Part shown: positions 24,961 through 37,732 of the stretch, one piece after another
How the letters are laid out: the number at the start of each line of letters is the position of its first letter
Position numbering within the stretch: the stretch's first letter is position 1
Source of the DNA: Camelus ferus
Lineage: Eukaryota
Assembly (NCBI RefSeq): GCF_009834535.1
Contig: NC_045697.1
Coordinates: 70,124,001-70,188,000 of the forward strand
DNA: 64,000 bases
Direction of reading: 5' to 3'
Made by a program: the position numbers and the translations under genes
Notes under the pieces: model-generated
Seen by the model: the letters and a program-made list of their open reading frames with translations, nothing else
Databases searched by the model: none
What the model was told of the DNA's origin: nothing

Positions 24961-25342
24961 TGAGGAGGGAAGAGGAGGCAGAGGGTCCAAAGCATGAGAG
25001 TGGTTGACACTAGTTAGAAGCATGTAGTTTTCAAGGGACTTTAGAGCCCTGATGTTTTCTTTACATGCTTTATGACTGAAGAGCCTGTAAAAATAATCTT
25101 ACTCAGAAATCCAACATGTGAAAAAGCATTGCTCTGGCTGAAATGGGGGTGAGAGCTGCAGAACCCCACTTACTCAGCTTCCCCCCCCCCTTTTTCTTCC
25201 CTTAAGATGGTCTCAGAATTGTCTCCACTGAAGAGTCACTACTGACTTTTTTCCTTGAGAGGCTTTTGACATGTTTATAACTATCAACTGCTGATATTTA
25301 GAAAAAAGAATCAGAATTCTCTCCATTGATCTTGCCTTTTAC

Positions 25343-25610
25343 AATAATAACTTACATAGCATTTATGATGTTTCAGTCACTCTTCTAAATACTTTATCTG
25401 TATTAAGCTAACTCATTTACTGCACACAACAATTTAATGAGATATATACTATTATTATAAACATTTTAAAGATGAAAATTAGGCATGAAGGAAAGAGGAA
25501 ACTGAGGCACAGAGAGGTTAAGTGACTTACCTAAGGCCACACAGCTAATAAGAGAGAGACCTGATATCCAACCTCCAAAAATCCATCCCCTTAAGTATTT
25601 TGTTACGGTG
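25343..25610 (-). mobile_element. MIR SINE
   Basis: GAGGAAACTGAGGCACAGAGAGGTTAAGTGACTTACCTAAGGCCACACAGCTAATAAG, the MIR core. Confidence 0.9.
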
Positions 25611-26059
25611 CCTCTCATATTTTCGTAACTTCTTGTTTCAACAGTTTTTGTAATTTACAATAACTTTTTCCCTCTTTCATTCCCTTTGTCCAAATTACCT
25701 TTTGTTCAGGACTCAATTTCTTCTATTAGCATAGCAGCATCAAAAAAGAAAGTACAGCCTCTCTCATACTCTCCATTCTTCTAGGCACACAAATGTCGTG
25801 AATTCTGATGGTGATTCTTTTTTGGAAGAATTTTCCTGACTCTTTAAGGCTATGTTCTTCAGTCCTCTATTTATGCAAGTTGGTCCTAAATATTTGATTT
25901 CCAGTCACTTTTTTGTTATTTCTGATCTCACTGAAATGCTTTCTGTAACATAGTTCAGTCCTAGTCTATCATAAACAGGACAAACATTATACTCTAAAGT
26001 CAAATTCACTTTTACATTTATTTTAGAGAAGACAGGATATTGAAGTATACTAATTGTTC

Positions 26060-26345
26060 AAGCATCTTGTTTAACCTTCACAATGAAGCTGTGAGGCATG
26101 TGGTTCCATCCTTATTTTACAGTTGAGGAATGAGACTTCAAGAGGATAATTACACGTACCATTCATCGATGGCTTGCTTTGATCCACCACTCTGTTTCCA
26201 CACACTATCTCATTTAATCCTTAGAGCAAACAAATGAGGTGGTATTATTTATCTCCATTTATAGATGAGGAAAGAAAGGTTTAAGGAGGTTAAATGCACA
26301 CCCTAGGATCATAGAGCAAAAGCTAGTTTATCTGACTTTAAAGAT
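26060..26345 (-). mobile_element. Two tandem MIR fragments
   Basis: ATTTTACAGTTGAGGAA..GAGACT; ATCTCATTTAATCCT..CCATTTATAGATGAGGAAA. Confidence 0.7.
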
Positions 26346-26964
26346 TATCTCCTTTTCTCTTTATTACACCAAGATCTTGGCTCCAACTTCTGTTGGAGAG
26401 TCTGTTATTCTTACATTCTTTAATCTTTCTCTTCATGATTTTCTCGAAATTGGGGTAAATTCAAGTGCCGACCAGATCCAAGCAAGTAATGAAAGGGAGT
26501 GAGACAAGCCATGTGTCAGAGACATAATGTGCAAGCTGAAGAAGTGGCCGCTGATCCTAGACCTCAGTGACACAGAACAAGGGTGAGGCTGGTCCCTGCA
26601 CTAAACAGAGGGCGAGAAGCCCAGCACCCAGGAGCAACGGAGACTGGCTGTCTGAGGGCTCGCGGCCCTGTATTTCTGTGTGGGGACACCACCCCGCATT
26701 CCAGATCTTCAGATTCTTCAAGACGAGACCAAAAGTTACCATTTTAAATTACAGTTCCTAATTGTTCAACAGTGGGGATTAATTCAGCTCTTTCCTCTTG
26801 GGCCTCCAGTCTGGGGACCTCCGCTCTGAAGGCTCTCATGCTCGGTCTGGTTCACTTTATCTTTACTTGCCTCCCCCTTTTCCCAGAATTTCATTTCCCT
26901 ATTTCTTATATAACTTTTTAAAGAAATATTTCATTTCTTACTTTTAATACTACCTTTATTACTT

Positions 26965-27141
26965 GGGGAGAAGACAACCATGGACGAACCAAGGAGAGAG
27001 GCTTCGAACAGATTCTTTCCTCAGAGGGTGACAGCCCTAACCTCAGATCTCTAGCCTCCACAACTGTGAGAAAATACAGTCTGGCGTTTAAGCCACTCAG
27101 CCTGGGGCGCTTTGTTACAGCAGCCTGAGAAGGCTGATACC
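26965..27141 (+). mobile_element. MLT1B/C-like LTR, 3' half
   Basis: CCAAGGAGAGAGGCTTCGAACAGATTCTTTCCTCA, TAGCCTCCACAACTGTGAGAAAATA and TTTAAGCCACTCAG..TTTGTTACAGCAGCC. Confidence 0.8.
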
Positions 27142-27675
27142 CTCTCCTTTACTCTTTGTTCAACACAGCAGCAGGGAGACCCCGATAAAGTGTCAGGCCA
27201 TTGGGAGGGGGAGTCTCCCAATGAGTTCTCGTGGCTAGACTAATAACGAAGTTGACACAAGAAAGATTAACAAGAGAAAAAGAAAGAAATGTTAATTCAC
27301 ACGCATGGAGGTCTCCTAAAAATGAGACCTGAGAAGTGGCCAAAGCAGGCAGCATTTATTCTTTTTAGACAAAGGAACAATACATTTGTGAAGAATTGAC
27401 AGAACCAAGAAACTTAGGTTTGGGTACCCAGTTAGTAAAGACTCTAAACAGAGTTTGGGCTGGGGGTAGTAAATTAAAGAAGTAAAAAGGTTTGTTTTTA
27501 AAGGCTTCTTGGCCCGGATTCCCTGTTTTCAGGGATAAAGGTGTCCTTCCACCTCCGGTGCAGGGGTGCACCTTCCCGTGAGGGGTTTATTTCCTGCTTT
27601 CAGGGAGACAAAGGAGGTCAGGATGTCCCTCTTGCGTTGGCCATTTCTTAGGTAACTTTAATTCAAAATAATCTA

Positions 27676-27782
27676 GTGCTCACTTCGGCAGCATATATAC
27701 TAACATTGGAATGATACAGAGCAGATGAGCATGGCCCTTGCACAAGGATGACACACAAATTCGTGAAGTGTTTCATATTTTT
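27676..27782 (+). pseudogene. RNU6: Full-length U6 snRNA retropseudogene (5' part of a U6/L1 chimera)
   Basis: 107 nt, GTGCTC...CATATTTTT, colinear with mammalian U6; 11 substitutions by my alignment to the recalled sequence (5 are CpG transitions); lies inside an LTR with no PSE/TATA promoter context. Confidence 0.97.
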
Positions 27783-28201
27783 ATGAAATAATGCCATTTG
27801 TAGCAACATGGATGGACCTGGAGATTAACATACAAATTGAAGTAAGTCAGACAGAGAAAGACAAAAATCATATGTCACTTATATGTGGAATCTCAAAAGC
27901 AGTGACACGAATGAACTTATTTACAAAACAGGGACAGACTCACAGACATAGAAAACAAACTTATGGTTACCAGGGAAGAAGGTGGGTGGGGAGGGATAAA
28001 TTGGGAGTTCAGGATTGGCAAATACATAAACAATAAGGTCCTACTGTATGGTATAGGGAACTATATTGAATATTTTTTTAATAGCCTATAGTGAAAAAGA
28101 ATAAGAAAAAGAATAATGTGCATATGTATAACTGAGTCACTATGCTGTACACCAGAAACTAACACATCATTGTAAATCGACTCCACTTCAGTTTGAAAAA
28201 T
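27783..28201 (+). mobile_element. L1 3' end fused directly to U6
   Basis: ORF 27791 (MPFVATWMDLE..SQTEKDK..SLICGI) is the ORF2p C-terminus, followed by 3'UTR and a short A tail; TSD AAAATAATC(T/A)A at 27665-27675 and 28202-28212. Confidence 0.95.
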
Positions 28202-28279
28202 AAAATAATCAATATGCCATCGTGGTGTATTTTGGGACAGCCTTCCCTAAGCTCCACTAAGTCAATTCACACCTCTTTG

Positions 28280-28700
28280 CTGTTAAAGCTCCCCAAAGCC
28301 ATCCTTCCACAGACCCACAGGGATCCACCCTCTGTCCTGTCTTCCCGGTGGCATCCTCTCCTGCAAATCTCCCTCACTCATGCCCTCATCCTCTCCATCC
28401 CGCTCAGGTACCGCCTTCCCCAAGAGTCCTTTCCTGGCCATTGGATTTAAAACTACAACCACCCACAGCCCGCTGCCTCCCCTCCTTGGCTGCGTTCTCA
28501 TCCTCCGTCGCCCATATTACCGCCTAACAGGGGACATTTTAACGGACCTTTTACTATTGTCTGTCGCCCTGCTGGAATAGGTTCCACCGAAGACAAGGAT
28601 GTTTGACTGTTTCAGTCACTCCTCTGTCTACTGTACCTGACACATAATTGGTGCTCAGTAAATAGTTCTTGAATACATAAGGGAATTCACGAATGAAGGA
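28280..28700 (+). mobile_element. L2 3' end
   Basis: CTGGAATAGGTTCCACCG..CTGTTTCAGTCACT..GTACCTGACACATAATTGGTGCTCAGTAAATAGTTCTTGAAT. Confidence 0.75.
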
Positions 28701-29338
28701 ATTCTTTGTACGAATTAGAACGAGTCCTTCCTCAATGAAACCTTTGGTGATACTATTAACTCTGCCCTTCTCTTTCCACACTGTAATGTAAGCCTTTGCC
28801 TCAGAGTTTTACTGCGCTAGTAGCTTATCATACTGTATTTAACCACAGCATAACACCACTTAAAAACCCTAATCAATTCTGAAAGAAAATGAGAAAGTTT
28901 TTTTTCATAAATGTCAATGGCTCTTTTACCATTTTCCCTTTTCCCTGAGAAAATAAATCTAATAAATCTCAGTTATTTGCTATTGCAGAGTTCCCCTCCC
29001 ACCCATTCCCAAGGTTTGGTTCAGCGATAACATTCTATTCTTCCACATGTCTCTTCTTCCTTCACCGAATTTGAATTACCACAACTATATCCCTTGGTTT
29101 TATCTCAACGGAATTAGTCATCAAAGTTCTCAGTGCCTTTCTGTGGCCAATGTACCGTGTCTACTTTCCTAGTAAATCTATAGAGTCATGCTTTCTCCAT
29201 GAAACAGAAATTCCAAAGACACTAAAACCCTTATACTTTACTAGGATGCTAAAGATGAATAGCAACAGATCTCTTAATCTCCAAAGGTTGAATCATATTC
29301 TAAATTTGATGAGAGACACTTAGAAATGCTGTATTTAA

Positions 29339-29339
29339 A

Positions 29340-29403
<64 letters not shown>
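29339..29403. repeat. (AT)n microsatellite, ~32 units, one interruption
   Basis: Direct reading; single C at 29358. Confidence 0.98.
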
Positions 29404-29407
<4 letters not shown>

Positions 29408-30874
29408 GGAAAAGTTTCAGGATGATTTTTAGCATCTAACGGGGCAAATTGTAGCTTCCAACCTCTTCTGTTTCAGTATGTTCCCAGTAAGCCCCTGAGT
29501 CATCCTGCCCTTTTTGGAGGACTTCTCTGATGGCTACTTTCCTCTCCACCATGTGGCTCACAAGATTAAAAACTGTGCCTTCCCTAAAGTCTCTTCCATC
29601 AAGAATCTATGAATGTAACTCATGCACAGAACTGCTCGCAAATCATTTAAGCTGTCCTGGGTGTAAGGTTCCTTGTTGGAATATTTTTGGTCTTTCAAGA
29701 AATATGTTTTTAAGCAACAACTCCTTTGCTTTTTTATTCCTAAGAGGTTTTTAGGAATCAGGGTTATGAAGAGACCGGTCTAGTATTAAAGCTTCCAACT
29801 GGATTTCAATGGCTTCCGAGAAGTATTTGCAAGTGAGACCAGGGTGGGAGACAAGAGAGATGCATAATCTCAGCCCTAAAAATGCTTGCCTTCTGGCAGG
29901 GAAGCTCAGCTAACTAACATCTTTAAAACAGTGAGAGGCCAAAATGTGCAAACTGGGTGGCACGGATGAGAAGTGCAGGAGCAGTTCAGAGTCAAGACAG
30001 CTGTGGTCCGCAGAGGTCAGGGAGAGCCTCAGGGAAAGAGATGGAACTCTGGGCTGGAATTTAGGGGTGAGTAGGACTAGGGTTGACAGGGTACGAGGGG
30101 AACTCTGCAGTCATGAGAAGTAGCATCGATGAAGGCGCGGACTTCATTCCTGAGGAATTCTAAATGGAGGGGAAAAATCTTCAGCCTCCAGCCTTTTCCT
30201 CCCTTCCTCTGAGATGCATGGATTTCTGACTGCTACAGGGTTCTGAAAGCACCCCAAGACTGAAGCTCCCCCCGTGCCAAGGGAGAGAAGACGTTTATGT
30301 CTGTCCCCAGGACAGTAGTGCGCAGTCTCTTGGGGTTTCCATTATATTCTGAAGAAAATAAGTGAGCAAATGTCAGATTCAAATAGATCCCTCAAGAAGG
30401 ATAATTTTAGTTGACTGGGACTGGAAGCCTGTCTGGGCACGTACAGCACACAGATATCAGTTACCTTTAGTTACTGAGGAGGAGCGGGTGTCTAAACAAA
30501 GCTCTCGCCAGCCAAACCGATTTAAAATGACACAGCCCTCTTCCACAGCCCCAAGGATTAGTGAGCGTGCGGCAGCCCAAGATCACCTTCTTTCCAGATG
30601 GCTTCTGAGGACACCTGGACTTAGTTAACTGTCGCAGCCAATGGCTACATCTGAGCCTGACATTCTGTCCCAAAAGGAACACCAAGTGGTAACAGGATAA
30701 CGCTGAGGGGCTTAGAACCTGGAGAAAGTGACTCCACACTATTTATCCCGGGTTTAGAGAGGCCTGGAAGGATGCTGGCTCTCTCTGAGATCCTGTTTTA
30801 CTCCAAGTCATTTAGGCAAAGGGGCAGCTTATGATTCTTTCTTATTTCTGTGTTACTACTTTTTTTCAATTTGT

Positions 30875-31430
30875 TAAGACACGTTTACTGAGCATTTATT
30901 CTGTGCAAGGCTCTCTGCCAAATGTTTGAAGGAAAAAGGGAAACACAGACAAGGTGAATGAGGGAACTCATGTCTCCAAACAGTGTAAAACCCTCTCTGG
31001 CAGTGCAACAGGGCGCAGTGAGTCTGAGGCTGTAAGAGAGGTCAGAATATGCCGGGGCGAGGCGGGAAATGGAGTGATTAATTGTCAGGGAATGTTTCTG
31101 GGATGTCTCCCCCGAAGCATCGTTTGACTTCTGGTTGGCAGAGCAGACAATATTCTGACTGGGGAGAGAAAGATTTCACGATACCGAAAGTGCATCAGTA
31201 AAGGTAAGGGAAGATGCAAATGGATGATATATTTGGAAAATGATCAGGAGCCCAGGGTGGTTGGAGGGGATATAATGTAAAGTATGTTTTCCAAGGCAGG
31301 TTGAAGCTAGATGATGGGGAATGCCTGGCTAAGGCGATATCATTTTTTTTCTGTAGGCAAATAATAAAGAGTTGCTCAAAGTTTTGAACAGGAGGATATA
31401 GAAAGCATGAAAATACAGTAGGTAGATATC
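30875..31430 (-). mobile_element. L2 fragment
   Basis: ACACGTTTACTGAGCATTTATTCTGTGCAAGGCTCT; GAATGCCTGGCTAAGG..TTTTCTGTAGGCAA..GTTTTGAACAGGAG. Confidence 0.65.
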
Positions 31431-31434
31431 AGTG

Positions 31435-31620
31435 TGTGAAGGATGGCAGAGTGTGTCATCCCAAAATACGCCACTTTGGCATATGGGTTATTTTGAGCTG
31501 AAGGCAGTTGAGAAAAGGCAGCTACAGAAAAGCTGTCCACCCCCCTCATTTGTCAGTCTATAGGGTCCCATTCAGTCAACCTAAGATGGGTGGAAAGGAA
31601 GAATGTTTCCCTCCCTGCAC
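31435..31620 (+). mobile_element. Internally deleted MER34-like LTR
   Basis: 5' motif CCCAAAATACGCCACTTTGGCATATGGGTTATTTTGAGCTGAAGGCAGTTGAGAA joined within ~185 bp to a 3'-end-like AACCTAAGATGGGTGGAAAGGAAGAATGTTTCCCTCCCTGCA. Confidence 0.65.
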
Positions 31621-34600
31621 ACGCCCCCAGGAATGTGAGGAGTGGACTGGAGATTTAATAGGCCAGTCAGGACCAGCAAACGCCATCATCCTCCAGTGAG
31701 ATGATGGAGGCCTGACCTCGTCCAGAGAGAGTGAGAATGGCTGTGAGAGAGGCCGATTCGGGGTGTGGGCCAAGGTACGGGGGGGACTAGAGGACGGCTC
31801 CGGATCCAGCTTGAATTGTTTGACCACTGCCTTCCCCCACGCTTCTCATGAACATCCCAACCTGTGGAAGAGGACGTCAGCCTACTCACATAGAAACTGA
31901 CATTTACAGACCTTCTGGAGCTCCCCAGACCACACTCAGCTAGGAGGAGACTGAGACTAGCCAAGGATCTGAATTCAAGTCCAGTAACTGGGAGGACAGA
32001 GATGCTTTAAATGAAGAAGAGGGAAACAGCGAGAACCGGGTGGTGAAGGAAGACACTGGGGGACACACTGGACCGCCAGCTGCTGGGTGGCTGTCAGGGT
32101 AGCGGTGGTCCAGTGGTGACCACAGCTGTTCCCTGGATGTTCCCTCGCAGCGTTCGATGGACCTGAGGGCTGCTGTTTCAGATATTTGTGAACATTTTGG
32201 GTGACCTTTTGTTTGTTTGTTGTTCATTTGTTTGGAAAATTAACTTTGGGGAGATATAAATTTCAGTTCTGATGAATCTTCCAAATTGAAGATAAGAAGG
32301 ACACTATTCTCAGAGATCGAATCTCTTCTAGAAAACTTGAGCCAAGTGTCAAGGCAAACATTATGGGAGCTCTTGTGGTAGAGTTACAAAGGCCACAGTC
32401 ATCTGTCTTCTGAGGGGGAGGCCAGGCCTTTGGCCGGATGGCAGGGGTGAGGACCATTTATTTTAATTTCATCTACTAAAGCCCTTACTTACATACACAA
32501 TTGCCTCTGGCCAATTCTAATGGGTTTTGCCTCCCAATCCTAGAACATCCAATCCTGGAACATCCTCTTTCCCAAAGATTCTGAGGAGGGGGACTTCACT
32601 TGTGATCTTGCGGAGCTCCAAAGAGGTGGTCCCCCAAGCACACACCTCTGCTCCAGGCAGCCTACACGTCTTGCCCCAGGAACAGAAGGGGCGGCGGTGC
32701 TTTGACCGAACAGTTTATTCAGGAGGAGTAACCGAAGTGAAACAGTTAGATGGACCACGTGCTGAAGAGTTTCAAATTCCTCTGAAAGTAAAGCTATTGC
32801 CCTCGTATACTTCCAGAGCGATTATTAAAGATTTTATTGGTGGGAAACTTTTAAAAGATGCAAATCATTGGAATTAATACCTGTAAGAGATTTTGCCCAG
32901 CGTCTAGGTGATCATCTTGAACAATTTAGATAATAACGTCTGTGTTTCCTGCTTCTAAAACACTTCTGTAAAATGTGATTTTTGAAAACACATTCTTGAA
33001 TGACAAAAACAAAAACATAAAGCAAATTTGGTACCCAGCTGCGGGTGTTTTGACAAGTTCATCTATAGTTATAATCAGTGTGTTGATCCAGTTGATATTT
33101 ATGATCATTGTTACCTGCAAAGGAGTATTCACAGCCCAGGATTCCTGAGTAACTGTGAGTGTGCGTGTGTCTGTGTGTATGAGGTTTGCCTCTACTTACA
33201 GGAGGAAACGTGCATACATGTGCCATGTAGAAGACTATCCATATCCAAAAAGGGTTCTTGATTTCTGTGCAATGTCATCACTTTACAGTTTGAGGAAGAT
33301 GAAAACATCATCTGAAAGGGAAAAATGTTGCTTAGGAAATTCACCATGCCTCTCTCTGATTTTTAGGTAGTTTCCACAAAGCTGACATGGGTCTTTTTTC
33401 TTTGTGGCTGTTTCTCTTACAAAAGCAATGAATAGATACACAACCAAGAAGATGTTTTTAGCAAGACTGAGTTTTATCCCTGTGTCTGGTCCTAAAATCA
33501 AATGTTCTCAAGACACACACTTTCCAAGTGAGGGGAAACAAAAACATTCTGTGTAAAAATTCCATCTTGCCACTAATGAGCGTGATTTGGGGTGATTACA
33601 GTGAGCCGTGAAGCAAATTCTCATGATGCAAGGTCAGTGTGCCATTAGGAATGGAAGGGACAGACCCTTTCTCAGAGCCTTGGATGCCCTCTCAAATTCA
33701 GTCCTCTCTGCTCCAGGCCTCCTGCTGCCTCCTTCCCAGCCCACAGCCTGTCATGTTGAAGGTCGTCTAAATATGCCTGGCCCATCAGGCCCAATACTCG
33801 GTGGAAACTTATCATGTGCACGTCACTCCCCAGCCTCCACACTGAAGGACGCTGACTCCAGGTAGTGCTGCAGACATCCAGAGTCATCGCCAGAGTGCAC
33901 CGCTTCTCATGGCAGGTGTCCACGGACCTCTCCAGGTAGGTGGTCGGGCTGAGACCGGACGACTGAATGACTTGACCTCTGAAAATCCCCAATAGGGCAG
34001 TGGCAGAGCCAGGTTCAGAAGACAGAAGGGCCTCCCAAGAAATGGGTCACTCCACATGCAAACTCAGGAAGTGAAAATGTGGCCTGAGGCTCCAGGGCAG
34101 GGGAGAACTTTTAGTCGTGCTAAATATAGTGACCCGAACTGGAGGACAGCCAGTGCTCAGGGTGCCAGCCTTGCAGGAGCATTCTAGGATCTTTAATTGC
34201 CACAGGTGGGCTGCATAGTTCTTTTAAAGCTCTCCTAAAAATAAACCTTCAATGAGGCTGACTGCCAGGGTTGATCGTATTATCATCGTAAAAATCAGGA
34301 TGAAAAGAGGTAGTGGCGAGGAGGAGGAAGAGGTTACTCTTGGGAAACTGAAGGTGCATTCTGTGAGCTGCTGGGGAGTGATGCTGAAAGTTGATCTTTT
34401 TCCTTCTTCTTTTTTAGAAATTCCTTGCAGACACCTGTTTACAGTATTCTCTTTGTTTTGTAAAAGCCTGAGAAACGGATCTGTGTATCTGTGAGTCCTG
34501 GCAGCCCTGGCTCTGAGGTTAAGGTCACTTACTGCCTGTTGCCCTCGCCTTGGGAGTTGTCTGTTTGCAGGGTGGGGTGCAAGCCCCACGCAGGTGCAGT

Positions 34601-37545
34601 GACCCCACCAACCAGGCGGCGAGGTGCCTTCTCCACTCCCGGGGGAGCCCCAACCTCCTTGAGTGCAGCAGGCCTGGCAGAACAGGGTGGGAACACCAAA
34701 GGATTTTGGAGCCAGATAGACTCAGGGTCTGCATCAGGATTTCACTCTTATGCCGGCTCCATACACAAGCCTTGGGTTGTTTACTTCTACCTCAGAGATG
34801 ATGACAACCCGCCCTCAAACAGTGAGATCAGATGAGGGACCGGTGCAGGGTGGTTTCCAGAGGCCCTGACACACGGTGCCACCAGCACGCCTTTAAGTGT
34901 CCTTGCTCGGCATCTACATAATCACCTTGAACAGTTTAGTTGACCGCTGTTTGTTTTTAGTGCAGCTAAAGCACTTTTGTAAAACGTGAACTGGCACTGG
35001 GGATAGAGTGCTGGGGACAGCATTAGTTTTACAGTGGCTGTGCTTTCTCGGGATAACTCCCAGAGAATGGCTTATTTTCTGACTACCAGAAATACAGAGG
35101 GAAGATGCTCTTGTTAATTGGCATTTCAAATGACCTCTGATTTTTAAAAATTTGACTCCCGATTTAAAGTCCAAAGAATTTTCTTTCTTGCTAGAAGGTG
35201 AGTGAATGACCAGGTCCAGCTATGCTAAACTGGCTCCTTTTTTATACGTTTACCATTGGTGGGGGGTGGTCCTCTGTATTTTCTTGTGCATTTCCCCTTC
35301 CTCAAAGGCAGGAGCCACGTTGGCCCCTCGGTTCCCTGCTCCCCAGTCTAGTGACTGTCTGTGGTTCTATGGACTCTTAGTCGATTAACTACCGGACTAA
35401 TGTGCAACCATTTACATACGAGGGATTCTCCAGACACAGCTTACAAACTGAGCTTCCCAGTTCCTCGAAGCCACTCTCTCCTCCCAAACTCCTGCATTTA
35501 GATATAATCCTCCACAAACAAATAGCTTTCCTGCCACTAGCTGGCCCTTTTATGGTTTGACTGTTTTTGTTTCAATCCAAGTCTACTCCTTTGTATTTTC
35601 TTCCTACAAACTCTTTTTTTTTTGAAAGAGGTTTTATTCTGAGACTTTCAACTTTCCTGAGGCTGGCTGGTTAGACTTCTGGGCTTGAATTTTGTTTATG
35701 TGCTTTTAAAATTCTAATTATAACTCTCTGGGGAGTTGCTCTGCACAGGGCTGTATAAAGGAAGAGCTGGACGGGTGGACTGACACACAGGCAGGAATTA
35801 AACAGACCTGTCCCTTTGGGGCTGGGCGCAGCTGCCACAGCGATGCCCCCACAAGTAACTCGGGGCAAAGGTTCTCTGTGATACATGGTGAGGTTTCCTG
35901 AGAGCTTAGAAGGAGACAGACTTTTAGGAAGAAGACCGAGGCCCGGTCGATCAGGGTGAAGTTGGCTGCTTCTCCAAGCTGATATGGGGGCACCAAGGAG
36001 TCTTCTGAAATAAGGCCCCTAGTTCGTTCTGTGCAAACGGTCCAAGTCCTTCGTTCCATAATTAAAAGGTCAAGTGTGGAATCAAAACATCCCTGCCAAA
36101 GTGACACGGGGCCACTTTGTAAGAGAGAATCACCTACTGGTCAGGGAACTGTCGTAAGGAGACAGCATAAAGTCTTACAAGTCCCCTGAGAAGGGAGAGC
36201 TCTGGAGAAGGGGATTTAGGTCTGCGTTTGGGTCCCGGGCCAGTCCAATGAGAATAAAATAGATTTTCTCCTTAAGGATAGCCCTTGAGGAGTCTCAGGA
36301 CAGCTACTCCATCCCTCTGCCACCACCCCTGCTTCCCCAGAGAGCCTCCAATCCACCAGGAATCTCCAGCCCTTGGGGTCAAGGATTGTCTTTTTCACCA
36401 AGTGCCTATTTTTGGTCATTGTTTGCAAACGTGGGGGTGTGGGGGGAGTTAAGGACACCAGGTTGCTCACAAATTTGCTTCTCAAAGCTCAGCCCACAGT
36501 CCAGCCACTGTCAGCCTCACCTGGGTTGCTGCGGATGATAAATGAAATCTTGATGACATCTGGATTAGAGTCTGTACTTTAACAAGGCCTACGGATGACA
36601 TACCCTCATACTGAAGTCTAAGAAGCACTGACTCGCAGCTTAATGGAGACTTCTTTATTTTGGGTTTGCAGGTTGGAAAGACAATGGATCATTTCTGGAT
36701 GTTGAAAGAGGATACGGGGACACAAGAGGCTGCACCCCATTCTATTCCTTGGACTAACATGAATGTCTCCCAGGCCCGTCTGCTCGGCTGTCCGGGAAGA
36801 GGCCCTTTACCAGTTTGTCCCTGTGCTTGCTGGACCAGCACCCTCCCCCTGCCAGTGGCCGGGTCTCTGTCACTCCCCTTGCTTGTGTCTGTCTGCAGGG
36901 TCCCGGAAGGGGATGGGAGTCTCTCACAGACACTCGGGCCGCTCCCTGCGGCTCTGCGCTCCCTCTGCCCCAGCGGCTGCTCTGTTCCTGGGCAGCCTCT
37001 GCTTCTGGCCTCTGAGGCTTTAATGCTGCCACAGACACCCATCTCCAACTGCCCACAGAGAAAGGGGACGCATTCAGACCTCTGAGCCCAGAGCAGCTGC
37101 ACGCTCGTCACCGTCACCTGGAGCTCCTGGCCATCTGCTTAATGGTCTATCACTCACCACTCTTCCAGGTAAGAACATTTCCCTCCAAGCGGCCACCTCT
37201 CTTCTGGAGAGGGGACCAGCAACTGAGAAGGATGGGAGAAGAAGGGTGCTCCAGGCAGGATGGTGGGAAATGCAGCCAGAGGGCAAAGCTGACCCCCACG
37301 TAATGCTGTGCGGAGATGCTGAAGAGAAAATTCAGCAGAGAGTCTAGTTTTTTTTTCATTTTTCATTTTTATTAGGTAGAGTTGTTACAATTTGACTGCA
37401 CATTTACAATATATTGCATGTAAATACATATATACAATATACTGCACATTTTTAAAATTTACATATATGTACTGTTCATTGTTTCTAAGAATGTTTAGAG
37501 CTTTAGCCTTTTAAATTTACATTGTTATCAAAAGAATAAAGCCAA

Positions 37546-37732
37546 CCACAAAATAAGAATTAATTCAAAAAGATATATACACCCCACTATTAATAGCAAC
37601 ATTATTTATAATTGCCAAGATACAGAAGCATCCTAAGTGCACATCAATAGATGAATGGATAAAGAAGATGCAGCCTGTATATGCAATGGATTACAAGTCA
37701 CCCATAAGAAAGGATATTCTACCATTTGCAGC
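37546..37732 (+). mobile_element. Internal L1 ORF2 fragment without 3'UTR
   Basis: TAATTCAAAAAGATATATACACCCC, GCCAAGATACAGAAGCATCCTAAGTG..ATAGATGAATGGATAAAGAAGATG and CCATTTGCAGC. Confidence 0.9.

Larger units (their letters stand above)
27191..28258 (-). mobile_element. ERV1-class LTR (MER34/MER39-like) split by the U6/L1 chimera
   Basis: The reverse strand reads CCCAAAATACACCACGATGGCATATTGATTATTTT, continuous across the insertion with GAATTAAAGTTACCTAAGAAA; TTTTCTCTTGTTAATCT near the 3' end. Confidence 0.75.

Noticed and set aside
27676..27782. Functional U6 snRNA gene
   Set aside because: Eleven substitutions, fused to L1, inside a TSD, and upstream sequence is LTR rather than a PSE/TATA promoter
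34431..34490. Possible 60-bp exon (pyrimidine tract, CAG ... GTGAGT)
   Set aside because: Peptide is unrecognisable; such splice-like pairs are common in non-coding DNA
36660..37117. Overlapping ~140-aa ORFs on both strands
   Set aside because: GC-rich, stop-poor sequence open in several frames; typical of spurious ORFs
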